This document shows positions 21,301-34,717 of a stretch of DNA of 64,000 nucleotides, in pieces (within the stretch, counting starts at the first letter, position 1; each line of letters starts with the position of its first letter). A model generated the notes under the pieces. That model ran no database searches, had not been told where the DNA came from, and was given only the letters and a program-made list of their open reading frames with translations. A program made the translations under genes and the position numbers. The DNA is from Antedon mediterranea (taxonomy: Eukaryota; Animalia; Echinodermata), in assembly GCF_964355755.1 (NCBI RefSeq), contig NC_092680.1, positions 19,725,045-19,789,044 of the forward strand. The letters are read 5' to 3'.

Positions 21301-24300
21301 TATATATATAATAATAATAATAATTTATTGGCACTGCACTTTTTTTTTTATCAGTGGCACACTTCAACTTGTGAAGGTGCGTCTAAGAAAACGAAACAAA
21401 AAGAAGAGAAAAATACAACTATAGGAATATACATTCCTGCTAAAATAACAAAAGAACTAATTAAACCAACTTCATGACAAGTTACAACTTATAGAATATA
21501 GTACAAACAAATAAATAAATAAATAAAAAAGTTACAAAATGAAATTCAAAAAATATACAGTAACGTAAAACACACAGCAATGGGGAACAAATACTCAGAT
21601 ATTTTAAGGAGAAATCTCCTATTCTATGCTTTACACACGTATTAAGCTCTGTCTACACTATCAAACTTTATGTGACAAAATGTGGTGTGCCCATATATGG
21701 ACATGATGATGTCATATCAGTACCATATTTGAGCATATCACTACCATATCTGGGCACATACATTTGTTGTCACATAAATTTTATAATGTAGACAGAGCTT
21801 TACAATATTTATCAAAGAAGCGGTTCATTGCTCTTCATAACATAGAGCAATATTTCCAATAATCGAGGAAGAGAGGGATTGTCCAACATTTCGGTCATTC
21901 TCAGTTCTTTATTATTCCCCCAATCACTGAGCCTCAATACTCTTAATAGCATTTCAACGTTCAGCATTGAGAATCATGTCACAAATAATCTAGATAGGTT
22001 GTATAAATCTGTTATAAAGATCTTTAATTATTTTGAATAGTCTAAATGTGTTATTCAATTTGATAAATTCCCGGCATATAAATGTAATTCACACATTTTC
22101 ATTAGTTGAACTCTACAAATGTATACAAACACATTTTATTTTTTTCCTCACCGTTCTGGTCCCATGGAACTAATTTGTTCTCGTCCACATCCTATCGAAC
22201 CTAACACTCATTGTGGATGTTATGTCTTTAGTATTAATTATTCAGTTGATTTAAATTGGTTTTCTACAGTGTGATAAAGGGAGGGATTTCTGATTCACCT
22301 AGCTTTATTTGTACATGTCCCTACGGAATGACAAACGACTCTAATGTTAGGAATCCTAACACATTAAAATAAACATTAAAACATAAACCTCAAGCTGTTA
22401 TGAAAGAGTATCATAACCTATGACTGACTATTCAGTATAAATAAATCTTTTGTCTGATGAAATCTTAAGAGTTTAAAATGTTCAATAATATACAAATAAT
22501 TAATGTTTATGAGTGTAATGATACAAATAATGGCATGAGGTGAATGATGAAAGGTTATATTTCACCGAGGCGACAGGTAATGGTTGTAAATTTATTTTTC
22601 TACGCGAAAAACATTTTTTTCCCTACGCAAAAAATAGAGAAAAAAGTACTATTAAACATTCAATAGTGCATACTATTGCATGCTATGCAACCCATACATG
22701 TCAAATCAAATGACAAGAATTTATTTAGGGTGTTATATGATATATATATATATATATAAATCCCAAATATTTTGATTGTGGAAAATAAACAGATTACAAA
22801 GATTACTATAAATCATAGACAGATACTTGGTAATCACCTGTCTTGTTTTAGTAACAACACAAAATAACTTTAGTGTAATAATGCCTCACTTTTTTAGATT
22901 AGATTGTAATGTTTAATGAGGGATAGAATAAACTATATGATATGATTGTATGTATTGTATTAGATTTTTCATAAATAAAATGTTGATTTATTTGATATAA
23001 GACGTCATTAATGTAGTGTATGCTTTGTTTAAGAGAGAAAAACAACTTTGGTGACATGGGGCGTGGGGAATATTGTTGTGCCACAATTCAACTTTTATTG
23101 GCAGAGAACAACAAGAGTAACAAAAGTAGCATTAGGAGTATTGATTGAAAAGGAAAAAACATAGAGTACATAAAAATAAAACAGAATTACGGCTGATTCA
23201 TTTGAAATATTAGGAACCACAATTTTGAAAATTACTTGACAACTTTATTCTGATCTTTATTCTATTTCAAATATGTATATTATACAACAAAGGGTCAACG
23301 ATCTTTTAGCATAAGCTTTTCATATTGCATACATAAGTAAATTATAATCCTCTCTAAAACCAGATTTAACATTTTATGACACTTTTAAAAATGCTTCATA
23401 TTGCATAATGAATTGTATTAATATAATAATTGCTGAAATGCTAAAATTTCAGCACTTTTTGCACTACTTAACATCTCAACATGCAATAACTATAATTGAC
23501 TGAGCTATCTCTGTAAAACTGATACCTTAAAGTCATTTTACTTAGTGTATTGAATGCTCTATCTTCAAGGTTAATGTCACTTACACGACTGAAGTGGAAA
23601 AGTTGATTGACCGTTTCGAATCAAAGATTGACCCCTTTGACCTGGATGTTTTCACCGTCCACATTAACTCTAACCTTTCAAGACACATTCATCGCAGTTC
23701 GGTAAGTGCCGTTTTACGCTCTTAATTAGTCTTACCATAATTATACCATCATAGATATCTGTCAATAATGGAAATCTTTCACAAACATAATGGTTGACCT
23801 ATTAAGGCCTCAGGTAAAATCTTGATTATATTTCATTGATCTTGTTGCACTTGTTGTATTCACAATGACCTACTCCGACCACTTAAGACAACAACCAAAC
23901 AGTTAACTCTACAAAATTGCTCTGAATGAATCCTTACAATTGGATGTACTGTTAAAACTACGCTTGAGTATGATGCCACATCTTCCACCACTACTATATT
24001 TGACCATTTTCATGCAAATTGCATTAATTTAAATATCTGAGTGCAAAAATATAGGATTTTTTTGTTATTGCTACAAATGATGTAAACAATTTATGCGCTC
24101 TGTTGAGATTTGTACAAACGAAACCAACCCTTTCCACTAAATTTGACACGGTTTTATGTTTAGAGTGTATTTGGTACAATATACCTGTACCAGTTATTTT
24201 TAACTCAGTATTGTAAATGCTGCAATATTTTACATTTTTTAATTTAAATATTACAGTTGATGTAATGAATTTGATTTAATGTTTTATCTTGCCAAGGAAG

Positions 24301-27300
24301 AAACATTTTATAAATTGCATTTTTATTGTATTCATTAATTTATTCATAGATCTTACTAGGAGCCTTGGCTAGCCCCGAAAAGCATGTGTACTCCAGCCAT
24401 AAAGCAGTCCAAGCTGGCCACCAAGAACAGCATAACATACTGCCACTGTCAACAAGCCAGGCTAGGTTTAACCTGCTTCCACTAAGCTCACAATCCACAC
24501 AAATCCTACCAACAAGTTTGCCAAGAGCACCACAAACTGTAAGATAATTGATAATTATTATACCGTAGTAAAGTTTTTTTTAGAATAGAAGTATAAACGT
24601 AGTTTTAAATTTTGTGTGAAAAAAAATGTGATGTGCCCATATATGGACAGGATGATGTCATATCACTACCATATTTGGACATATCACTATTATATTTGGG
24701 CACATAAAACTTTTTTGTTAAACTAGTTTGATAGTGTAGACAGAGCTTTACACAAACTGGAGAGCAATTTTGAATATAATTTGCAGCTTCTTTTTTTTCT
24801 CTGAATTTCAAAGTATTGCATTTCTGAGTTGCATTTCAGCCCAGTTCAAGAATGATTTAATCACACAGACAAGAAAAGAAGTATTGTTCCTGTATAAAAG
24901 AAGGAATCAGAAAAAAAATTAACATTACTAATACTCGGCTAGCAGAGTTCTTGTAATTCACTGTCCTCTTTCCACCACTCCTGACAATAACTGCATGTAC
25001 AATAATTTCAAAGTGGCGCGGATTGTCTGTGTCCTCCAAAATGTTTTGAAATGCCTTTGTAATCCGTTCATATTCACTCATGGTCTTTGTCATCAGTTAC
25101 TCGTTGTTGTGTCCGAAATGATTGATTATACTTTGCTTATAATAGTTCACAGAGTTGATGATGTTACCGTTTCAACATCCATTTAACTTGTCCGCATACG
25201 CAGCTAAAGATTCCACAAGGTCACCATGCCCTCTAGATAACAAATCACTATATATGTTATTGCGTTTAAAAAAAAGAAAATTCTAGATAAAATAAATTTA
25301 ATGTTTTCAATCATTTTTTGAATAATTTTTAAAATACAAAAAGGAGCAAGCATTAGCTAGACATAGGCCTGAACAGGTTTAACTGCTCTTTTTCAAACAT
25401 TTACAAAACAATAATTAATAATAAACAAAAAGTTAGAAAGTTATTTAAAATGACATAATGTAATCAATTATACAATTCAATTAATACAAAATAATATAAA
25501 TGAGTTACATTACAATTTAAATGAATTTAAACAGGAATAATTATCAGAATAAATGTATCATATTCGTAAAAGCACTGTTCTATTTTTCTTGTTAGTAAAT
25601 TAATTAAATTTGACAATCTGCAGTTAGTTGCACAAACAAGGGGATTTTCATCTTGTTTTGAAAAATATTCTCGCTATTCTTTGATATGATTTATTTTTAT
25701 ACTTTTGTGTAGGGACAATGCAATCTATAATCCCTTGTAATCAATTTCATCTGACATGAAATGTTGTTTGTTATAATACTAGATTAATTTGTTCCAAGTA
25801 ATAGCAATTGCACTCATTCATTTTTCTTTGTGTTTCGTATTTCCATTGTTTTCTTCCTCAAGGCTATAGTATTTAAACTAAAGATGATGGCTTACTTGAT
25901 TTATATTCATTCATTTTTTTATGGCGTTTAACAGAAAACGGAGCACATTTGATGCTTGTGAAAGTGACAAAGTGATTTTAGTTTTCTAGTAATTACTCCG
26001 CTTGTGTGAAAACTCGCTGCCTAGTTTGCGTATCGTATGAACAATGCCCTGAATTTGGTTACCTTTAGGCTATCAGAAGCTGAAAATTACAATTTCAATT
26101 GCCACACATTTTAAGATAATTCTCATTGTAATATGCATTATTTTATCAATTCTGCGGCTGTAGGATTATCGTACAGTACTGTATACACTTTCAAAATGAA
26201 GAGGACACTTTTGATGTTGGGGAAGTTATATGTATTGTTTTGCTAATATTTATACCAATCATCAGAAGAAGTAGTCTAATTTCAACTTAACCTAGAAATG
26301 AAATGAAATATCTTTTGTTTGTGATGCTAACTGAAAATTGGATTTATTGAAAAAAATTTTTAAAAAATACCATTAAAATAGCTGTAACTTCTTTGGCTGT
26401 ATAAACTAATTATTTTGTTGATAGTTAGTAGTTAAATGCAAATTATTAAATGGTTTAATTTATCAAGCAAGATTACAAATGATACCGTTGAACAACAGAA
26501 ATGGGTTAATGCTTAATGTTAATTGTACAGTACATTATTCAGTTTTATCGATTTTTAGGAGTTTCTTTGTTCTGCCAAAATGCATAACTCATTCACTACC
26601 ATAAGTACACATTCAACAACAGACAACAACATTCTTGTTCGTTCATTTCAAATCAATTGTAGTCAAATTGATTTTTTTTTAAAGCCTACACAAAAATAAA
26701 ACATATATAATTGTTTTTCTGACCTGTTTTTATTGTATTTTTTTTGGTCAAATAAATAAATTTAATTAAATTTTATTTTGAACAATGCTCTTGGTTTTGT
26801 TAACAAATTTAACTTCCCTAGACTCATGGTCTAGGATATTCATTTTAAATGCATAGGCAGTTACAGTATTATAATATATTTTTACATTTTAAGTATATAG
26901 TATATTTTAAAAATGTCAAGATTTTCTATAAAATAATACCAGTATCTCATTAATGTTTTTCTTTAATGTATATTTGTCACAGTAATTTAGAGTCTTTAAT
27001 GATGCATTCACTAATCTTACATGCATGTTGTCTTGTAATTCAAACCAGTCGATGTTGTTGAAATTTTAGTTCATTAAAATTATTCATAAACCTGAGAAAT
27101 ATTTTATAAATAAATAAATCTAAAGCAAGATATGAAAATTTTTTATTTGCCGAGTGAGTACATCTAGTGAAAATGTAAATTTGATTCATAGTTTATTAAA
27201 AACATAATTTTATCTTTGTGAATTTAGCCTCTTAGCCCATCTGCTTACAAGAGTCCACCCGCAGCGAAACTGGCGTTAGAGAAGGTGACATCAAAATCTG

Positions 27301-27365
27301 GATTCTTTTACTCAAGACTTGGCTCGCTGAAAACAGGATGGTTAGCAAACATTGGAAAGGAGTAG
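9392..27365 (+). CDS. COG1: Conserved oligomeric Golgi complex subunit 1; last 20 exons (~781 aa), N-terminal exons upstream of the window
   Basis: Phase-consistent AG/GT exons: 9392-9433, 9917-10003, 10379-10415, 10944-11138, 11627-11695, 12154-12341, 12743-12847, 13216-13445, 13889-14080, 14398-14493, 14717-14824, 15038-15083, 15469-15536, 15961-16054, 19197-19274, 19786-19862, 21111-21285, 23570-23701, 24350-24538, 27228-27365 (2346 nt including TAG). Peptides EALCSIILLEDSSPRQVFKEFLLARK, KGLTAIRDALWELL, FDRYAD, SKIRLPVQCSWYVQSLLFELCSEINRVGGHAL, QLLFDLRF, IDPFDLDVFT, HNILPLSTSQARFNLLPLS and GWL match vertebrate COG1 as recalled. Confidence 0.93.
13565..13850 (+). mobile_element. tRNA-derived SINE with Deu/Nin-like core (subfamily 1)
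   Basis: A-box TGGCCGAGCAGTTAAG, degenerate B-box, core TCGGATAAGGA.TATAAAC..TAGGTCC...TAAAGAACC...GAGTAGGGGGTTAC.CCGGTGT, A-rich tail; near copy at 20011. Confidence 0.8.
15134..15336. mobile_element. Harbinger/PIF-type MITE, family B
   Basis: TIRs AGGCCAATTTACA / TGTAAATTGGCCT flanked by a TAA target duplication. Confidence 0.7.
16060..19077. repeat. 22-bp minisatellite (consensus TCATGCATCACACTTGGAGGGT), roughly 135 copies, in a COG1 intron
   Basis: Directly visible tandem array starting immediately after the donor at 16055. The unit has no + strand stop codon and 22 is not a multiple of 3, which gives three long spurious ORFs. Confidence 0.97.
20011..20338 (+). mobile_element. tRNA-derived Deu/Nin-core SINE (subfamily 1, best-preserved copy)
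   Basis: A-box TGGCCGAGCGGTTAAG, B-box GGTTCGAGGC, Deu/Nin-like core, (AAAC)n tail; homologous to 13565-13850. Confidence 0.85.
20478..20843 (+). mobile_element. tRNA-derived Deu/Nin-core SINE (subfamily 2, different 3' tail)
   Basis: Same head type and core as 20011-20338, but unrelated after CCCCGGTG; the tail has several short palindromes and an A-rich end. Confidence 0.8.
21645..21799. mobile_element. Harbinger/PIF-type MITE, family A
   Basis: Both TIRs present with a perfect TTA target duplication (21642-21644 / 21800-21802). Confidence 0.85.
21812..26079 (-). pseudogene. Putative decayed multi-exon gene antisense to and interleaved with COG1; identity unknown
   Basis: Several AG/GT-bounded minus-strand segments with mostly open frames and scattered stops. 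Three of them (22355-22299, 22200-22152, 21989-21812) splice in phase. Confidence 0.4.
24607..24747. mobile_element. MITE family A, left TIR lost
   Basis: Internal GTGATGTGCCCATATATGGAC...CACTACCATATTTGG and right TIR followed by TTA. Confidence 0.75.
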
Positions 27366-29043
27366 AGATGATGGACATGCAGTACCAGTAAGACATATGT
27401 CTTAATTAAGTTCATATTTAATTAAATTATTATAGACTATCCTGGATTAATTATGTGCACCTTGATGTGCCTAAAGAAATTTGTTTTCCTTATTTCAACT
27501 ATTTGACTTTTGAAACAGTGAATCTCTTGAACCATGGATGAATTATTTTTAAATTTATTTAAATATTTCCCCTATGCTTGAATCATAAATGAACTAGTTA
27601 AGATTGCTCCACAGTAATAACATTACGGTTGGGATAAATATCAGGGAAAGGGTTGTATTTGGAGGCTAACTTGAACACTTTGGCCATACAATAACAGAGT
27701 TCGTATGTACAGTACTATTGAATGTCCATAATTACTACAGAAATGTGTACGAAATTAGAGATAAATACACTGTACTATTGAAGAGCAAACTGCACAAAAT
27801 TATAATTGACTTAAATTATGGTAAGCCTGGTAAAAAAAGGCACAATAATTATGGACAAACGACCCATGCCACAAGAAGGCCTGCTGTACAAGCGTACGAC
27901 ACAGTGTGGTGGCCTTTTAATTCTATGATGCACCAAGCAACAGTGTTAAGCAGAAGGATTGTTTGACCTGATGTGTACAAAACTACTATGGACAAATTTG
28001 TATCAAGACTACTGAAATTAAACAAGTTGATAACTCTGCAGCAGCTTATCCTCACCAATTTGCTTCCTGCCCAGGTTTGGAAAACACTACAGTATTTTAA
28101 TGCAGCGTTGTTGTATCAATTGTACTGTCTTACTGTCGGGCTTCATCGAATTATGTGCAACAAAACAGAAAAAAAAACAAGAATAGAGGCCACAATATAC
28201 TGTATATTTCTACACATCATATTATATGAATGAGTTAACCACATTGGTGGCGCTGTTTACAATAGTTGTAATTTCAGCTGGTTAGTCACAACACTCATTT
28301 GATATTGAATGATCCCGTAAGTCTTTGGAGACCTGATCGAGGGAAGGTAATTTCACGGCCTATTGGTTATCAGTTCATAATATTATTGGACAACCATGAC
28401 CTGAGTTATATTCTGGGTCTTGCCTTCTGTAACGTTGTATATTTCATGTGTCTTAATGTACTCTGCTTCTCAACCGTATTTATCAATGGAATTATGGAAT
28501 TACCGTTATAGATATTCATCATCTTTTACCGACAATTACAAAGAAAAGGAAAACATGGACATTATTTTAGAAGTTGTGACCTAACGGCAAGGATACAATT
28601 CATAAAACTACTATAAATTTAGAATTCAGTACTTTTTTTATACCAATGACATTAAAAGACTAAATACAGAATGCTTCACTTATTTGTGATCAAAGTATTT
28701 CCATTCATTATTTTTATTAACGTTTTTTTTTATTGAATTCTTTACTGATTATTGTAGCATATAAAAAATAAATGGAATTTCTAAAGTAGTTTGAAGGTGG
28801 TAGATATTAAAATATTTATTTCTATTTATTAAGTGACGATGCCAGTAACATGCTAAATGTTTTTTGGTAGGCCTATAGTTAAGAATTATTTAATGATATT
28901 TTGGGTGTATGTTGATTAAATAACACCTCGTTAGAGTTGAAAACAAATTCTGTTGGATTTAATTCTTTTTCTGGGCATGTTCTCAAAATATTTAATTATG
29001 TAGAATAATTAAATGGAAAATTAAATACACACTTGTCACGCAC

Positions 29044-29178
29044 TGTCTACACTATCAAACTTTATGTGACAAAACAATGTGATGTGCCCATATATGGACA
29101 TGATGATGTCATATCACTACCATATATGGTATATCACTACTACTCACTATACCATATTTTGATAGTGTAGGCAGAGCT
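29044..29178. mobile_element. MITE family A
   Basis: CTGTCTACACTATCAAAC...TTTGATAGTGTAGGCAGAGCT with the shared internal sequence. Confidence 0.75.
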
Positions 29179-30768
29179 TTACATAACCAATAATATTGAA
29201 CATAAACATTAAATTACATTAATGAAATGATAATGTATTAAATGTTATTAAAGAACTAATTTTTTCAGTTGTATAATTTTTTTTTATGGGATAAAATTAC
29301 TTGGACCATTAACTACAGTAATTAAATTATATTAAAAATCATTGATAGAATTGTGTACATATAAACCTATCTAGTAAAATAAATTTAAAAAAAATAATAT
29401 TTCATGTGAGTTCTTTTTTTCAAGCCTAAGTTTTTTTTCTTTGAATTTGAATACGGTAATGTTTTTGATTGATGTTTGAAGTTTTGTTGAATTGTCTGGA
29501 ATATTAGAGAAATTGATTGACAGCCATGTGACCCCAATTTATCAACATGCATCTCCTTGCTACTTTTATAGTTCGAAACGTTGATCTTTCTTTGTCATTA
29601 CATTTTATTTTGAAGTTATAAAGTAAACATCTTCTTATTCGTAAATAATTTTGTTAAAAAAAAAAGAATCTTCATGGAATTAATAATTGATTTTATTTAT
29701 TGTAATATCATATCTTATTTATATCTATCAAAGTAATTAATAATATTGTTTTGGTCCAAACTGTCTATTTTAACTGGAGCATGTCTAATTATATTGTTTA
29801 CGTTACGAGTCTCAATTACATAGTGTAAAAAAATAGTCGTATATAATTTACCTGGACTGATAACAGTAAAATGTGTAAATTTTGTAACTGTAGACGAAAT
29901 GGTGATTATCGTTCTGTTGTGAATTAGACATTGGATAAATACTATAATTCCCGTAAGGGAATGTACTACCCTAACTGCTCCTCAGTAACTTGTATCGGAT
30001 ATCATGCGTAATTAGCTACAGTAAAAATACACAATTGTCGTTTCTACACCACGTTTGTGTCTGTTATTGCAGATATAGCTAATGAACTTGAACGAATGTT
30101 GTTAGTATGAATTGCATCGACCAATCACATTTCAGATTGAAGTCGTAGAATGAGGTAGATACAAATTAACTGTTAAGTGTCGGATATGTTAGTACATTTT
30201 GTACATTAATATTCAAGAATATTTCCGAATTTGTAAATGTAAAGTTGTTTGGTTGTATACCTACCAATTCCAGAATCTTTAATTCTAGTCTTAAATTGTG
30301 ATCATTTCTATCTCAAAACTAAATACGAAGCCAACATGATGATTTTTTCCTCTTCTCTGGAAATAAAGGTTAGATGATGACAACATCTTTAGTAATAATA
30401 ATAATAATAAATTTGGTCTTTTTTAAAGTGCATAATGCATAAAGCCTCTATGCGCTTCACCTAACATTTGCATGAAAACATGAATTTAATTAAATCCTTT
30501 ATATAGAATGTATTTGTATTTAGGTTTTACCATAGATTTTCCAAGAGGTGATTTTCTCATTCTTGTTGTAAATATTGCAGTCTAATTGCTTGTTTCATTA
30601 TTCAAAGAAAGCGAACTCTCGTTACCGCTACCCATCTTTATACTGTCGTTAGTTTTAGATTTGTTTCATGTAACAATAATTACCCACTAAGCCAAATTCT
30701 AAATATAGAAATTACTTTCAAGATATTCTATCCTATACAATTTGTTTTAATCAGAACCAAACATTAAA

Positions 30769-31838
30769 CTAGATTTGAACTCGTCACTTTGACGAGTTCG
30801 GGTTATCCGCGCAAACGCAACATGCACATACGTTTTAAATATATGAACGGCAACAATTATTATGCCATCCTATGACATGAAATAAATATGTTTACAGTGC
30901 TGAATTGTACCTATTTTGTATCATACAGCATATTACAGTATTTACAGAATACACTGTATATGTTATATACAGTGTAGCGTAGACGAAATTACGAGACCCA
31001 TCTTTTAAATCCAATTATTAACACGATGACGTTATCAAATTGACATATAAAGATAACTATTTTAGAAGATAATTATCTAAATAATTACATTAATACAAAT
31101 TTGAAGAATTTTGGGCACGTACAAGTGAGATGCGCTCTCGTTTGCAAGAGATAAAAATATGACTTTTTGGATTCAACTGGCCATATGATGACGTCATGAC
31201 ATCAGAAAGACAATATTTGTATATGAATTCATATCTACAATTCAACAACTTTTATAATAAGTTTTAATCATGCACGTCACTTTTTATTCTGACGAGCTAT
31301 AACAGATTAAAATTTACTGTAAAAATGAAAATAGGTGACCCAAGTTATTTACATTTTTTGACATGATGAAGTCATAAAAATTAAAATATTTTTAACTCAT
31401 GCGAGAGATAGTTGATTGACGTAGACAATATTAAAATCTCAGGGGAAATGGAATAGGTATAAGCGAGATGCGCTCTATTTAATGTGATGAGCAATAACGA
31501 AAAGTAAAAAATCCTATATTTTACATTTGTGTGGCCATACGATGACGTCATAACATCCGAGAGGTAAAAATTCTGCATGAATTCATATCTACAACTTATC
31601 GTCTTGCATAATAAGTTAAAAAAATTGGGGGTCACCTTTGATGCGAGGAGCTATAATAGATTCAAAATTGGTATTATTTTGACAATATTTTATAAATTTT
31701 TCAACTAAAACATGCGCAAACGGTCTAAATCAACATGTTCGTATGACGTCATTTTAATTTTAAATGATATCAATCTTTTTTAAAATGAAAATAATAAAAT
31801 CTGCAATCATCTTTACTTGCCTAGCGTTCTCTATAAGA
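30769..31838 (-). mobile_element. Probable non-autonomous Helitron/Helentron-type element with internal direct repeats
   Basis: a|CTAG terminus with an adjacent perfect hairpin GAACTCGTCA-CTT-TGACGAGTTC (30777-30799). Internal ~350-bp duplicated blocks are rich in GATGACGTCA. Candidate other end ...TATAAGA|t is uncertain. Confidence 0.55.
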
Positions 31839-32714
31839 TAGTTGTAGTATAATAACTAAAACGTCAAGACATTCTCAACCATACTTTATTTTCTTTTGGA
31901 ACCACATAGTGTACTGCAAACCTAACTGTACTACTACTAACTAGCCCAATCAAAAGCTCCCCAATATTGCAGGACACATATGTCTGGTTTTAGGAAGGTT
32001 GAGTAATTTATTTAAAATTTAGGACCTGTCCCTCTTTTCAAATTCTGCATCTGCCATTGATTTAATTAGTGACCATCAATATGGAACCTTTTTTCTAACA
32101 ATGAAGTTATAAGCACTTCCATTTACTACAAATGGTAAATTGACTTAGCCAGGACAAGGAAGACTAGCAAAACATACCCCATCTATCGCTACCAGATTTT
32201 CTGCTTTGTGTTTTTACATGGTCATTATAATTAATCTGCTATCCATATTTATTTTGGGCTACAGCAGATCAGTGAAGGCCCCAATCCCTTGACCTTTCGA
32301 GACAGGCTTGCTATGATTGGTGCATGTTGTATGATCTTAATTAGTATACAGTAAACAAACTATAAATCAGTTTGATAGAGGTGTTATGTGACATGGGTAA
32401 ACAGATTAATTAGCAAGGTGCTGACCTCAATCTTGTTATGATTGACAGCTAGACATCTTGGAATCCAGGTCAAAGATTTTGTTACCAACAAAAATAACTA
32501 TTTTTCACATCAACCTTACTGTAAAGGTAAAATGATATGGACTATTACATTTATCTAGATATGCTTGCATGGAAATGTAGCTGGAGACACAGTGATCAGT
32601 TTTAACAGTATAATTTTTTTTTGTAAATAAATTAATTATTCAACTTAATTAACCCAATCAATTGCCCTTTGGAACCAAATTTCTTTATTTCTTAATTTAT
32701 ATCGTTATTTAGCA

Positions 32715-32943
32715 AGGAGTGGAGTTGTGGCTTGGTGGTTATGATGCTTGGCTACCACTCCAAGGGTTCAAGTCCCGTCACATGTCAGGATTTTTTCAAA
32801 GGACCAAATTACAACTCTACTCCCAAAAACTTGTAATAAGACTTTGTTTATGTAGAGCATCTTGTATATATGTTGTCTCTTGTGAACCTCTGAGGGTTCC
32901 TAATAGCTGGATGGATCACCCTCAATAAGTAAATAAATAAATA
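32715..32943 (+). mobile_element. Degenerate tRNA-derived SINE
   Basis: GTGGCTTGGTGGTTA (A-box-like), GGTTCAAGTCCC (B-box), (AAAT)n tail. Confidence 0.6.
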
Positions 32944-33204
32944 GTATGTTTGCATTCCATCCAGTGGCGGATCTATGATTTTAAAATGGAATCAAATGTC
33001 ATATCTTTTGCATTATAATGTTCAAAATTATGTTGGAGGTGTGGGAGGTGCCCCAGAGCAGTTGAGCACCATTTTGATCCACTTATGACTATGTGCCAAC
33101 AACAAGACACAGTGTACTAGTCTTTGCAATACACCTATTTAAATTAAAAACATAAAAACCTATTACCAAAACAGGAAAAATGACGATTAATGAAATCAGA
33201 CTTT

Positions 33205-33382
33205 AAATAGGCCATTTTGCAGTTGTAATAAAGCTATTCACTTCTGTAAAAAAAATAAATACAAACAAATTATTTCACTTATAAAAAGACAATTAAATTA
33301 CATTTTTTCAGGTAAATATTGTTTTTTTCAATCCAGTTTTTGATGTAAGTGAATAACTATTACCTGACATTGAAATGGCATA
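33205..33382. mobile_element. MITE-like dispersed repeat (related inverted copy at ~60585-60780)
   Basis: Imperfect TIRs (ATAGGCCATTT...TATTCACTT / AAGTGAATA...AAATGGCATAT); the internal sequence recurs reverse-complemented near 60.6-60.8 kb. Confidence 0.55.
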
Positions 33383-34717
33383 TCCAACAACAAATTAAAA
33401 AAAAAACATTTGGGGGACAATATATCTTTAATAACTTGTTAAAGATTGGTCAGTTGAAAGCAGTCTGGACATTCCATTTATATCATCATGATTGATTTAA
33501 TGTCTACATATAGCACTTGACAAATTGATCATATTACCTGTTGTAAGATTTAGGTTGGTTGATAGGTTAAGAGTTTGTATAGACAACCAGGTCAGCTTGT
33601 TACTTCTTGCTGGATTTAAGGGTCTGTACCTCCATAGATTTTGACTATTCATTTAAGGACTTGTTCAGATGGTTTTAATATGATGTGTACAGGCGTGGAT
33701 TTAAACAGGCTTTAGCCCCTCCCCTCCCCCTAAAAATTGTTCAGCCATGTCTAATAAAACAATGACTATTTATGTTTTTCTGCAACCAGACGGATCGTTT
33801 TTATTGGGATCTGTTTAAATTAGCGGAGAACAAATGCGAGGATGTGGTGGTTGGTGTAAAAAGAATCAGCCTTACTAAAATTTACAAATGCACATGCTAT
33901 GAGCAGATATTTGTTTGACAAATGTCTCATACAATCCCACATGACATGAAAGAAAATGAAAAGCTCATCTTTATTTTCCACATTATTATAAGTCTTGTTT
34001 GATAATAGAAATATAGAATTTCAAATTAATTATATGGTTTGAATTGAATAACATTGAGATGATAGCCTTTCTTATTAGTTGCTCTAGTTGTATGCTGAAT
34101 GAATGATAACAGACACTATCTTCATAGACAGTTAAATAACACTATGGATAATCCTCCTTATTTGTTAATTGATAGATTTATGAAATTGTGCATTCAAATT
34201 TAGGTCACATTTAAATCACAGTCTCCTTAATATGTTATTTCCATTAAGGTTGTTAACAGTGTATTTGTATTATATGTTCTCTGGCCAACCACCATTTGTT
34301 ATTGCTCTGATGTCATCAAACTTTAGACCAATCAGTATTAAGTATGTGTTCAATACCTTTTATAATTGAAAACATTTTTCTAGTAAGCACAGAAATGTTC
34401 TTGATCGTTCATGCATGAACTTTTGCTAATTTGTTGAAGATAAAATTCTGTCTGGATGATGTAATTGCTAAAAAAAACTGGTCTCTGATTTCCCTGATTG
34501 ATGACATGTTTGCTGCCCTCAATAGTACTGTAGGTTTGTAATCATTTCATCAACATGCTGTACACATGTTATTTGTGTTGATGAATTTACAGAAAATATG
34601 TCTTTCAATTAATCTTGTGTGAAAGTAGGTATACCTACATATATTTGATGAAGGGCTAGTCTTGCCTGAAAGCTCTGCTAATATTTCTGGCTGTTTTACA
34701 TTTTTATTTAGCTGTTT

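Noticed and set aside
27718-28511. Cluster of short ORFs downstream of the COG1 stop
   Set aside because: Less AT-rich and vaguely coding-like, but no consistent splice chain or recognisable protein; may be COG1 3'UTR or further remnants of the antisense fossil.
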